DNA of 60,675 nucleotides, the filler included, from Dimargaris cristalligena (lineage: Eukaryota): the NCBI GenBank assembly GCA_003614675.1. It is 2 parts of 2 records of this genome, joined end to end, with 100 filler letters (N's around TTAATTAATTAA, not from the genome) between each part and the next. Parts side by side here need not be neighbours in the genome. Positions count along the whole stretch, not along the records: positions 30,438 to 60,675 come from ML002463.1; 1 more part is not named here. One strand, written 5' to 3'. This document shows, one piece after another, positions 37,494 to 51,682 of this stretch. Every line of letters starts with the position of its first letter. Position 1 is the first letter of the stretch. The notes under the pieces are model-generated. The model was given only the letters and a program-made list of their open reading frames with translations. It was not told the DNA's origin and made no database searches. The translations under genes and the position numbers were made by a program.

Positions 37494-38949
37494 TTAGACC
37501 TCCTCTTCCGGCTTCTTCTTTTTCTTCTCCTCAATCAGCTGGATATTCTTTTCCGGGATAGTCTTCCAAGTCTGGAGGATGTAGGCTTTGACTTCTTCGG
37601 ACACGTCGCCCTGAATCACGATTTCCTCCAGGTTCTGGTTGTTCTTGCTTACCGACGAGCCGCAGGCGAACCGGCTGGCGAATTGCTTGGCGGCCTTCTT
37701 CAGCTCAACATCTATTACAGGTGATATAGCCCAGTTAAAAAAAAAACACGATACAGTAGAGTTCCGGAACAGGGTTCTAATTTAGTGGCTTTATGCCAGA
37801 AAGGTGCGATGGCCCATGATATATAGACTAGAGCGGCATATTGATCGGCATACTCGTGCCTGCGTCCGGCTGACCGGTTTTCCATAAGGGGGCTGTGAGG
37901 AAGGCAGCGCCTCAATATATAGTAGTAGATGGTGATGACCCCTCGGTTATCAGCTGCCCAATCCAAAGAAGTAAAAGGGCGCGGGGTGGGTTCTAGGACT
38001 TACCAAAAACCTCCAGATTGAGAACCGATGTAACACGTTTCTTCTTCGTCCGCTCGATCCGCTTAATGACAATCATAGTGGATGCCTTCTTTTCCTGCAC
38101 CCGCTTCAGCTTAGCCTCTTCCTTGCCAATGGCCTTGGCTAGCTTCTTGCTGTCGGAGTCCAGTTCGTCAAGGGCACCTTTCTCACCGGCCACCACGCTC
38201 ACTTTTTGCAGCTTCTCGGCCAACTCTGTTACATGTACAAATACAATTGATATAATAAGGGTAAGGCTCGTGACCCGGATTAGTCCTTAGTTGAATCTTA
38301 CCCAATAGACACATGGATTATACAAAGCATGCCCTAATATATTTCACCTGCAATATATATTGTAAATGAGTGACCGCGGACACTGGCCGCAGATGTATGG
38401 CATGGTAAATAGTTATGAATAGAGTGGGTGCGTGACTTACCACCGACAGAGTAGAGCGCTGTGAATAAATCGGGGTGATTGGCCTCAAGCCATTTTTGAC
38501 ACCGTGGCAGCGACGCACCGAATTCGCAGTACTAGGGAAATGATAAACATTGGGTTAGTGAAGTAGACTGTGCGTTAGACTAGGGTTCGACCACGAAGAA
38601 AGGCAAGAGGCAGGGAGTCGCCTATTTTCTTTTCGTATTAATACCAATTGAATTAGGGAGTGCGCAGAACTTACCTCTGGGGGGAAAGTGCAGACTGTCG
38701 TTTAGAAGGTCGCAACCGAGGACAGATATATAGTGGAATGTGGTGGGGATCGACAAAATAAGGTACATTAGTATTAGCGGTGCAGCATTTTTCTGGTCAA
38801 TTTGCCTGTGAATTCCGATAACCAACCACGGGAGGGTATACGATGGACCGGAATTCATTCCCTTGGGTAAAGAGACTCGGGGTGCTATATGCAACTAAAA
38901 GCCAGCACGTACCCCCACAGTATACAACATTCTTGGGAGCGTCAGTCAT
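37494..38949 (-). CDS. TMA22: Translation machinery-associated protein 22 / DENR (SUI1 domain); exons complement(38913..38949, 38675..38694, 38441..38531, 38004..38225, 37494..37711), 195 aa
   Basis: Spliced product V.YCGVCTFPPEYCEF...C.KWL..NHPDLF, IKRIERTKKKRVTSV..LEVF, LKKAAKQFASRFACGSSV, EEIVIQGDV. All introns are GT-AG and phase-consistent. Confidence 0.95.
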
Positions 38950-39504
38950 TGTTTCGGATAAGGCGAATGTGGAAATGGAAGTCAAGGACAGTCAAAAGGC
39001 CGAAAGAAGATAAACCGAATAAGCTAAGCTAGATCCAGGCGGGGTTCCAATGTTTAACCGAAGAGAGGGCATTCAAGAGTAAAAGGGCTTATTGACGGCG
39101 AGAGTAGCAGCGCATCCTCTCTATGCACCCATGCTGCCCATCACTACCTTTTCCGATGCCTTCGCCTAGGTTGGAGGGCTCGGTGGGACCAATAAATAGC
39201 TCCTGCGCAGCTCGCCCACCCACTTTAGGCGAATGGGCAGTCCTTAGTGACAGGCAACCAACCAACCCATTCCCCCCTGGCTTGTATTTTCTCCAATACC
39301 GTTCCCTGTGGCTGAGAGTCAGGTGGGCTCAAGAACCGTTTTACCAGGCGACTAAGAAGCTCTCCTGGTGTAGTTGTTAAACGGTCAGTCGAATGCTCTT
39401 CAGAGTTCGTCAGCCTCTTTCATTGCATTTACTTTGTTCCTTACCCTTACCACCTCGGCCCCATTCACCTTCCGAAGCACCCCTCCTCCTCCCTATCCGA
39501 GAAT

Positions 39505-41929
39505 ATGGAAGGTTCATTTTCCTCCAAGGTGAGCTATCGTATCCTATATAGCCGCACCCTTTCTATACAAGCAAAGCTATTATAGTCAGTCTTAATGGTA
39601 TATATTGATAAGGGTGTGCTATTCGACACTAACCTCGGCCAACTACCACATACTACCAACTGTTCCCCTTATTAGGCCCATGCCTGGGCTGGCCTCGCTG
39701 AAGACTATTACAATCGAGGGAAGCCCCGTGAGGCCATTCGAGCCCATGCCAAGGCCGCTGGTAAGCCCTACCTTAATTTTACAGTCTCCCCTACCGGATA
39801 TTGACGTAGTATTGCAAAACATCTCCCCTCCATGTATCTGGTATTAAATATAATAACCGACATACTATGAATCTGAACATCCTCCCGATATAGAGCTGTT
39901 TGCCCAGGCTTTATCCAATGCCAGCGATATCCAGGTAAATGCCCCATATTCCCACTTTAACCATTAGTTATCCCTGTGCGAATATGGCCCTAATTGTATC
40001 GGGTGCGGAGGTGGGAGTTTCGCTCGGAAGTCCAATGCGACGAATAATACGGAAAATATACTAGTTCTAACGTAATTTTAGCCATATTGTATTATTATCT
40101 GATACGGCGACCAGACTGTGGAGGCATTCAAACGACTCGCTATCTCTCACAAAAAAATAGCCAGCGAAATCCAAGTCGAGGTTGACCGAAATGCCGATAC
40201 CTATGGGGATACAGCTGAAGACCCACCCTCCGCTCCCTTCTATAATCGGGCATTAGGCCTAGCCTCGCCTTCGGATGCCAGTGACGATGCCCGAAGTACC
40301 ACAAGCGAAACTAGTACAGCGGAATCTGATATGAGCTCTACTCAGGTAAACTATATTCGACCTTGGGAATTACTAAATCTCATCGAGAACCCATTTCCCG
40401 CCTTTCGAACCACAAATGGGAAGATGCCCGCTTGTCTTCATTTCACCTCTACATCCCTCTAAGACTTTCATCTAAATTATGGTGGTATCCTCATTTAATG
40501 TTGGACTTGTGGCAATGACTAAACAGAGCGAGGCACATCCACCTTTTGGCGAAACCCCTTCGGACCCAATCGAAAATTTCTGGGATTTCGTGGAGAACCT
40601 GGTGGATCGAATTGCAAGCCCAACGGCCATGTCAACTTCCCCTGCCACCCCAGGTCAGTCTCCATCGCCCCACATTGGTAAGCCCAAATGCATGTCGGCT
40701 TATTTGCCTCCTCCAATTGGTAGCCAACGTCGTATATATTCTAGGTTTTAGACGGATTGTTAACTAATTGTACTACGGCCCAACCATTTTGTTTTGTTAA
40801 ACGGATGACAATCACTATATGACGCATCAGTGACCCACTGCGCTCGACACGCCAAAAAGCAACCCGCCCAGCTCGGCCGCTCATCCATCATTCCGTCCAT
40901 AGCCGAGTCCTACTATGTAGTCCCTGAGCAGCATGGCTTAGCCGAAATCTCCACTATATTGGAGAAAACGATTCGGTAAGAATTACCCAATCCCCATAGC
41001 TTTGATTATTTGATATACGTAAAAAGCCAAAGTGGATACCGCGTTCAGTGCACCCTGAACTGAAATAGGCATCCTAGACAATATATTTGTTTTTGACTCC
41101 GTCTAGCCCTAACCCCGACACACTTCTTATTGACCTTGTATAATTATTATCTTGAATTCCACTGGTTCAGCAACCCAACTGTCGGTGAGGCTAACCCGGA
41201 CTTGTCCAGTGTCGATGGCAACGACAAAATGCGCCAAACTATTACTGCCCTCCAGAAGCACATTGCCGTATTGGAAAAGGTAGGCACCCCTTGATTAAGC
41301 TATACACCAGGTCCTCCATTCCAAGAACATGTACATGATCAACCGTTATCGCCTTATCCTCCTGTTAACGACATGGAGCATTCTTACCATTGCTCTATAT
41401 ATTATTATTTTTCATTAGGCGGCCAAGGAAAACACCATGCTCCGAAGCAGCATCTACAACTTCCAGCAAGAGGTACACAAGAAGGCCCGCGATTATAAAC
41501 TGGCCTCCGATGGAACCAAGTCGATTTTGTATCGTCCGCCGCCTACAGCAGCTGCCAGTAAGTGTTGAATAGAACCATGTGTTTATTAAGGCTGAGGGTT
41601 GGGCCAAAGCTCATGACCAAAATTTTGCATTTGTAAATGAATTGAAACTTTCGCGAATGTAGACATCTAAATCCACTGCCTTGCTACACTATTTTACAAC
41701 ACTGAATACCTAATTATCTAACCTCCCATACAATCTCCATCGTTTAGCCATATCTAATCAACACGATATTTGCGATCGCCGCATCCACGAACTGGAAACG
41801 GAATTAAGTCGCATGAAAACCATCGTCCACAAGCAGGACGAGATGCTACTGAAATATAAGGATCGTTGGGACAAGCTAAAAGAATCAGCCAAAAAGAAGC
41901 GCGAAAGTCGTCGAGATAGTTCCGCCTAG
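39505..41929 (+). CDS. Atg38/NRBF2-like protein (N-terminal MIT domain, C-terminal coiled coil); exons 39505..39528, 39676..39760, 39894..39934, 40115..40345, 40527..40677, 40831..40975, 41171..41279, 41419..41557, 41748..41929; 368 aa
   Basis: Nine exons splice in phase with no stops. MIT-like KAHAWA.LAEDY..RG...EAIRAHAKAAELFAQA, central FWDFVENLVDRI and ESYYVV, C-terminal RIHELETEL...KYKDRWDKLKESAKKKR. The gene model is strong; the family call is from recalled motifs. Confidence 0.75.
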
Positions 41930-42321
41930 CCCTCTTCCCTTTTTGGCTATTTTTATCATTAGTTGACTATTAATCGTGTGTATTACTGAGATGTATACTG
42001 GAGATGAAGCCCGTGTATAAAGCCATATGTATAACATTTAATATAGCGTATTGAAGGGGTCGATTTCACAACATAAACGGCAATGTTATTGGAACTGAAG
42101 GCATTACTTGCTAAGTAATAATCATCCGGGAAACTCAGATATAAAGGATACCTTTTGAATACCAGCCATTGCGTCTGTATATGAATACATGTTGGTGAGA
42201 GAATCGGGGAAACTGGGCTGGGGGCAGGTTGGACTTGGAGGTTGGCTAGCTGGGTCTCTGGCTCCCCTGTTATTAACACCTATTACTTGACAGAAAGAGT
42301 TCATAGATGGGCTACCTATAT

Positions 42322-42330
42322 GTCACGTGA
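42322..42330. promoter_or_regulatory. GTCACGTGA E-box (Cbf1/bHLH-type) ~350 bp upstream of NSA1
   Basis: The same 9-mer occurs ~310 bp upstream of RPS1. Confidence 0.4.
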
Positions 42331-42675
42331 TGACTAGATGTGATTATATTTAGGCATTGCCAAATGTACTTTTATTTTTTTTACAAGGGATGCCCGTAAA
42401 ATCGCTGGGTGCCACTACTATGTCCACTAATAAAAATTCACCGTAATAATGGTGGGCCTCTCGGGCTAAATTAGAGAAAATACCAAGTGATATGTATACC
42501 TAGTGCCTATTTTTTACCCTTTATTCTAGACCGATATTGTCGGAATCCGCCACAGTAACCTCGGGATTCCTTTAGCGAACCGCCCTTACCACCCTATCGG
42601 CTGTTCGAATTGACCAGCTGCTTTCCTTCACCTCAAACTATTCCCTCCACCCTTAGTCCCAATTGCCATATCACC

Positions 42676-44532
42676 ATGGCCATCCCTCTGCGTTGCTACA
42701 CCGGCGACGAAAGCGGTCTCCTCAAGTCCGTGACTTTATCCCTGACCCGCGCCAACTTCGAGGATATCGAAGGCGATTCCCATGTGGGCGTGACTCGGCG
42801 GCACATGCGCATGGGCATTCGGTCCCAAGTCAAAGTGGCAGCGGCCGTGGCGGCTACCAACGGCAACGATGCTACCGCCACCATCCCCTCTATGGTTGCC
42901 GCACCTGCCGATCCTAACCTTGCCATCGTCCGACCCTTTTCGACCAAAGTCGACCGCGCCCGGGCGATCCAGAAGGTCCATTGGCTGGAAGGGGCCGGGG
43001 CCTCCGATCCGCGCTTGTTAGTGGCGCGGGTCAATGGTGACATTGATCTGGTCAGTACCTCCGCCTGGGCAGGGGGAGACGCCGAGACCACCACCCCCAC
43101 ACAATACCAAAGTCGCCACCAGTCCCTTTTCGACCGGAATGCCGAACTCCAGCGTACCAAACCCCGTGAGGTGGTGAATTTCGTGGGGCTGTGGGGTACT
43201 CCCGACGGTACAACGGCCTATGGCACGAGTACGGGTAAATTCCGCATACAAACCGGCCCTTTTCAACCCGCAACGGAAGAAGATCAAGCAGCAGCGGCGA
43301 CGACCACCACCACCGGTACTGATCTGCGGGTGGGCTTTAATACTCCCATGAATCGACTTCGTATCCACCCCCGCCAAAACCATATTGTCGCCTATTTGGG
43401 TAAAGAGCGGCAGCTGACCCTATGGGACGTGAACCAGCTATCCGGCGCCGTCCCCGGTGCGACCGATTCTGCTAACGCCTGGGCTAAACCAACCGGAGAT
43501 CCTCTCTTCTTCGCCAAAAATGTAAGTTCATCAGATATTTTTCTGAATTAGTTGTGCAGTATATATATATATATACCGAACTCTTATTCTTAGCCCATAT
43601 CCCTCTCTTGCGGTTATTCACGTTGAAGGTGGATTGCTAAAGACATCTTACTGCTGTATCTGCATATGTTCTTGTCCGATATCCAAAGGTCCCTCGCGAT
43701 TTCCTTGATCTTTGGGTCCCTTTCAACGGCACCGACTTTGCCTTTATGGATGATAGCGCTTCATCCTATGTTCTGGCAACTGAGGACAAACAAGTTCGTA
43801 TCTATGATACTCGTACTGGCCGTGATACCGTACACGACTTCGAGCATGGCAAGGAACCCCTTCGGCATATCCTTATGGCCCCCGATAATTTGTAAGTTAA
43901 CCCCATCATTCCTCGATGAATATAATTTTGGATTGTATAGTATGATTTGATCCACTCATGCTTAACCGGAGTATTTCCCCGCTGGCAGAACACCTTCTAG
44001 AATAGCCCAACCCACTTTTCTCCGTGCTCATTATCCTACTTCTCTTATCCCCCATCATCATTATTGGTACAATCAACTCCATAACCTCCCAAATAGCCGA
44101 CTCTTCACCGCCGATAACCGAGGCAATGTCCTTTCGATGGATATCCGCACAGGGCGTGAATTGACCCGGGTCCCCGGCCCGGCCGGTGCTGTCCAGTCCA
44201 TGGCCATCGACCCCCAAATCCCGCAATACCTTATTACCGTCGGCAGTGACCGCCACCTCCGCGTCAATGACATCAGTACGCCCCAGCACCCCCTCGTGAC
44301 GTCCGTGTACTTGAAACAGCGTCTATCCCAAGTGGTCATCGACACTGCCTGGGTGACTTCGGCCCTGGTGGAGTCCGCTAGGACCAGTAGTCGGTCGACG
44401 AGGAAGATGGCCAGTGCCGCTGCGGCGGCGGCGGTGGCTGAGGAGGATGATGAGCTTTGGAATAAGATGACCAAGGTGACGTCGAAATCAGAGCAACGGA
44501 AACGACAGAAAACCTCCAAAAGTAGCAAATAA
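42676..44532 (+). CDS. NSA1: 60S ribosome biogenesis WD-repeat protein Nsa1/WDR74; exons 42676..43521, 43689..43891, 44097..44532
   Basis: YTGDESGLLKSV, GKERQLTLWDV, LFFAKNVPRDFLDLWVP, QVRIYDTR, GSDRHLRV, VYLKQRLSQV and DDELWNKM; phase-consistent introns. Confidence 0.92.
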
Positions 44533-45247
44533 ATCCGCATGCTACATATACACCGACACTCTTACTAAAATGAAATTTAAATAATACTACTAGGATATTC
44601 GAATGGGCCGCTGACGGCCGTGAATTAATTATAAACTGGTACGATGGGTACATATATAATGATAAATTGCCGCATACGATGGCTTTTATTAAGTTAAGCG
44701 GAATAAGAGAGCTCTGGTAGATGAAAAGAGTTGGGAAAATTAACCATTTGTGATTGAAGAGTACACCTACTGAGTGATCAAAACCCTCCCCACTCACTTT
44801 CGCATCTGTCGCCTAGTGTAATCAGCCCAACTATCCAAAGAAATAATCAGTACATCAGCTAGACGATTCTGCTTCGATGACACATAAATCTGGTTTATTT
44901 TCCGCCTGGATATTGGAAGCGCAATGGGTTATGCGGAGTAGAGTTGGATAAATATAGTCCACAAGAATATAATAAATCATGTCAAAGGATGTTCACATTG
45001 TAAAATAGTCGAGTAAAAGTAAGGGGCGGTGAGGTATTACTAGAAGAGACTATGCCGGGTAACATATTCGCGTTGCATTATCACAATTCCAAATAAAATA
45101 ATAAGATGTTCATAAAAAATCGGATTAAAAAAAATAATAATCAAGCGGGAGATTCCCAACTAAAAATTCTTTAATAGTATATTTTTTATATATAAAAAAC
45201 ACACAGGCAGGTAGGCAGGCATATATATAAATGAGCGGGTTCGCCCA

Positions 45248-46658
<1,411 letters not shown>

Positions 46659-47890
46659 CTAAAAAAAAAGAGGAAAAAGTATATAGGAAAGGGAGGGGGG
46701 AGTAATTTCCCTAGGTTGGTATTTTTTTCCATTTGGCGTAAAGAGGCGCATCCTCCGCCTGTTATAATCACCATACCCTATCGATTCCTACAGCCACTCC
46801 ATTTCTTATATATTTTTTCTGCATTGGTCTAACTCACCAGCTCAAGGTTGGGGAGTATCAATGACCCAGTTGTAGAGGCGGGCAAACAAGCCTCTAGTTA
46901 TAAAAACGGCCCTACCACATTCCCTAGATTACATCTGTCGTTCAGTAGTGCATCTAGCGATTTATAAACTAAATCAGTCTCGGGTACATTCGATACTAAA
47001 GCATTAGAAGGACTGCCGAATCCCAGTAGGCTGGAACACACTCCAAGTAATCGTCAGGGGGACCTTCTTCCATAACCAGCTATAATGAGCAATCACCGCC
47101 TACTTCACGCCCATGCGTATCGGAAAAACCATGGCCGCAATATAACTCCCCGAAAAATAGTAGTCTGATAAAGCGAGAAAAAACCAGCCACTCTCAAATC
47201 ATGTGATTCCAAAACTAGAACTGGTGAATGATGTCGAATATAAACTACTATATCCAGGGCCAATTAATTAACCACCTGTTCAAATGCGCGCATAAAGATG
47301 GCTAACTTCACTTCTATGGGATACGGATGCGACGTGCTATACCCATCGTCTACTATCTGGCGAAAAGCGTCATTACAACCCTGCTATATTAACATGGAAC
47401 CGACAACGCCGAAGAGCCGTCTTGAAGTTGGGGAAACCCCCTGCCAGTCCATTTAATCAACCAAGTAGCACTAACACTACATACCCAGCGAAACCCCAAA
47501 GACTCGGAACCACATAGTCCACTAAATATACACACGCACACACATAGCAGTTGCCCCCGAAGTATAATCATCATTAGCCCACACTCCATGGGGCAGCACA
47601 TTAGCAGTAGTCACGCATTAAACATTCTCCATTTTAAACCTGAATATACACGCACCATCTCCAAGTCGATATTTAGATCACATCCTGGTGTTATTCGGAA
47701 GAACGTGTGTTAGTCAACCAAGCGAAATAGCCGATTGAAAGGAAGTAGAATAGGTACGGAAAAGGGTGGCAAAGTGGGGAGACATTGTGGGGGAGGGTTG
47801 AGGTGGGGGAGACGCGGAGAATGAGATATACTACTCTTCCAAAAGACGGGTTTTATATAGAAAATAAAGAGGGAGTGACAAAAGCGCGAT

Positions 47891-49263
47891 TTACACTTCG
47901 GTCTGGATCTCGGGCTCCTTGAAGTCCTTGGACACCTTCTTGCCGGTCTCGGAGGTCTCGGCGTGAAGCTCCATAAGCTTAGAGGGATCGTACTTGGGGG
48001 ACTTCAGGATCTTGGCCTTGTGGACGTAGCAGTCCTTCAGGGGGTAGATACGGCTGCAGGCCTTCTCGATTTCCCGTCCAATGACTTCGGGGATGAACTT
48101 CAGGACGAGGTCCTTAAGTTCGCAGCTGGTGGCTTCGCGGATCATGATCTCGAACATCTTCTTGCGAATGGCACGGACCTGGGAGGCCTTGGCGTAGCTG
48201 GTGGCCTTGACCTGACCGGGGCGACGGCGGGTGAAGCCAACGCAGAACAGGCGCATGAGGTAGCCATCGGTGGTCTTGATGTCCAAATGGGCTTCGATCT
48301 TGGTGTGCTTCTTCTTGACCAGGGAGCGGAGCTTGTCGGAGGTAAACGACATGGAGTGGAAGTTGGTCAGGCAGTTACGGCCGGAGATTTCGTCCACGCG
48401 CAGCTTGAACTTGCGGAAGGAGTCGCTCTCATCGGGGTTCAGCTCACCGAGAGACAGTTCCAGAACACGGCCCTTGAGAGAGTCGTTGGCGTTCTTCAAA
48501 CCCTGGGTACGGTTGACCAGAGTCTTACCGACGTTGCGGGCCTTGAACATGGAGGGGGCCTTGATGTCATACCATTCCTTGCGGGTGAAGGGGTCAACAC
48601 TAGTAATTTAGGGAAAGTAAAAAAAAAAACATGCACAAAGGGAAACGATTAGAATCAGGGGATGACCAAAACAGAGGAAGTGTGGGATTCCCTAGTAGAT
48701 TCCCGCTGAACAATTGGGGGGATTCGGTACAAACGTCAATGAGCGGGGAGATTCACTTACACCTTCTTCTTCAGACCCTTCTTGCCCTTGCTAAGACGCC
48801 TAGTGGTGGGAAAGTCAACGGAGACAACCGGAAGTTAATCAGGAACAGAGTAAGGCAGAGTAAGATAAGTTAGCCAACTGGACAAACGCATCTTAACGAG
48901 ATTCTCTTCGACTCGAGAAGCAAACGGACCGGCCGTTGCAGAGTATTCCACCACTCTATACATCCGTTCCTTCGGTACCGCATCCGTCTAAGGGACCATG
49001 AGTGTTCGTTCAAGCAACTGGTCGGTTATCGGGATTCGCGGTAAACAACGGCGGGACCGTAGGAAGCTTGATATCCATGGGTCAATATGTCGTCGGCGGT
49101 CGATTAGATGGATGGATGGATGGATGGATGCGGGCTACGGGTGGGCGATGTAGTGGATGGTGCGACACGCTGGACAGTGGATCGGTGGTGGGCTACAACG
49201 GCGGATCGGATGACGGGCAGGTGGACGGATGGCGACGACTTACTTGTTTTTGCCGACAGCCAT
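47891..49263 (-). CDS. RPS1: 40S ribosomal protein eS1 (S1/S3a); exons complement(49244..49263, 48761..48799, 47891..48599), 255 aa
   Basis: Spliced N-terminus [38 protein letters not shown] followed by the canonical eS1 body. Confidence 0.98.
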
Positions 49264-49343
49264 GGTGAGTATAACGTTCCTTCAATCTGTTATACAGGAG
49301 GATTACAGAAGGGGTGCTATCAAAGGAAAAGAGGAGGAATCAG

Positions 49344-49584
49344 TTAGGGCTAAAGGCCATTTCTGTTTTATCAGCTTCATTCTTCAGGTTCTGCGCAAAT
49401 GCCACCTGGTCGGTCCTATGGGTGTGTTGATTTGGATGGATGGTATGTAACGGCGGTTTATTGTGTGGGCGGATAGGCCCCACCACAGCCCATCCCATTT
49501 CGGTAATGCTCCCATGGGAGAAATTCGACCCCACGGTATATAGCAAAATCCATCCGGGTGGGTCAATTCATATAAGTCACGTGA
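49344..49584 (-). promoter_or_regulatory. RPS1 promoter motifs: TTAGGGCTA (Tbf1/telobox-like, 49344-49352) and GTCACGTGA (Cbf1-like, 49576-49584)
   Basis: Motifs read directly, ~80 and ~310 bp upstream of the ATG; they match the Tbf1 plus Cbf1 ribosomal-protein promoter logic known from Candida albicans. Confidence 0.45.
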
Positions 49585-51682
49585 TTTATAAATGCTCCCC
49601 TCAACCTCTCCGGATCATTTTTATACCCCCCGTTCCTAGGGCCTACCGAAAACCGGCTAATATAGTGAGCAAAGAGCTCAGAAAGGGCCGAGGAGTGGGA
49701 CAGGTACTCAATCGAGGAGCAGTGTAGCAGAAAGGTTACACTTCAATGTATAGTTGTACTAAGTCCCGAATATAACTATAAGCCCTAAACTTTTTACTTA
49801 GTCCCTGTATATTTAAACCAGCCCATCTACCTACAGTTAATATAAACAAAATATAAACAGTCTGAGTAATAATATATAGGCATCGTGTCAGACTAGGGCG
49901 AATATATTATATATCCTGGCAAGCTGGACTAATAAAACCTATAAACTAATTGATAGCGCATCAAGCCAGCAAAGGGGTTGGGGAATAAATACATAATCAT
50001 GAAGGTAGGTGGGAAAGTGTGAGTATTAGCGGAGATTAGCCCGCAAAAGCGTAAGTCCCTAGCTGGCCGTTGAATTTCCATGAAGCAATGGTCGTTAACT
50101 TCAAACTAGTATAATAACTTCATGCTTTTAAATTCCACCAAGTTTAGGGTCTATCTGCTACTATTATTATAGAAGTAATACCGACTGGCTGGGCTCCTTA
50201 TCTTCCGTATAATTCCTAGTTAGCATAAGGCGACATTATCAAGGGATCAACTGAATAATATATTCCTAAATGATAGATCTATATATCTACATATATAGTA
50301 TTTGATTGTATGCGTACCTTGGGGATCCGCAAAGTGCGGGTGATTCTGGCCTTTCAAGCGGAGGGCTTGCTCTACTTTGAATTCTGCAACATCAACGGCT
50401 ATGTCGGTGATTTGCATGCAGGGTGGATGCCGTCTTTATTCTAAACAAAGTAATGGGTTAGTAGGTGCTTAGATACTTTATACTCCCTCGATAAAATAGG
50501 TGTCGGAGGCTTCATAATCAACTCTTTTGACTTGGTGCTTAAACTATATGGTGGGACCTCAACTTAACTAGGTGTACTATAAATGTATATCCACTACTCT
50601 TAACACCGCCACCGTATGTATCACTAATATAACATACTTGATCGGTTGGTAGGGTGTGTGCAAAAGGTACTAACAATCGAGGATCAATTAATACTACACC
50701 TTACTAAAACATTGCAATGATAAATGTTCATAACTTGGGGAAAGTAAAGATGGTCTATGGGAATAGTGGACTGTCGCGCATATAATCTAGTATTTAAACC
50801 GGGTTATTGATGGATGAGATACCATCTATGTGGCTGTAAACAAGATGGATAGGGGGACATCTACACCTGATAAACTCTTAGTAAGCCAATAGACCTATAT
50901 TATGTAAGAAAAGTGTGGTGGACACTGGCTAGAAGAAGCCAGATTGGATGACATTCCCCAGTAGAGTGAGATGATACAACTCCCGCTAATAGCGTCTAAT
51001 CTAGCGCCCCCTTTATTGTCCATTGTCTAACCACCCGCGGAGCATATATTCCGTATATGCATGCATACATACATACGTGGTATCGGCCCTTGCGCTCCCC
51101 GATTAGCCATTTCGCTATTTTGGAGGGCGAGGGGGGGTCTAGTATATAAACAGCCCTGTGCGACCATTCAGGATGATCCGCCCCATCCACTGTGGCTGAA
51201 CCCCTTTCTTCCCTCGCCCTCAATCGCCTTTCTAGCCCGGCTCTTCCCTTGCTTTCAGTACACCTCGGCTCGTCTTCAGGTAAGTAAGTCTCTCTCCCTC
51301 TCTCCCCCCGGCTTTTATTTCCCCTGTTGCGCTATACCACCCTTCTACCCAATAGCCATAGTCAATTGGTGAGCTTTGCGTTGCTAGAGGTTTCGTCATA
51401 GTGGTGTTCTCGCCTTCCCTGTTCCCCCCCCCTTGTTCTTTGTCTTCCACCAAGTGTTTCATATTCGTCTCCTTTTGTACCGTTCAGTCCCCCCATTTAC
51501 TCCCTTGAACTTCGGTTCTCTTACTTATAAATACTCTTATTCCGACCCTTGTCTCCATTAGTCCAGACTGCCGCATTCAACGTTCCCCTTTGTTGGCCTT
51601 CTCTTCTGCATTGCTCCCTCCTCGCCTCCCCCCCAGATATATCAAGTTGTTCCCCAAACCACGCATCCGCACACAGTCAACC

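Noticed and set aside
29339..41929. A single TORC1/autophagy gene cluster spanning SZT2, the REEP gene and the Atg38-like gene
   Set aside because: It crosses the artificial contig spacer.
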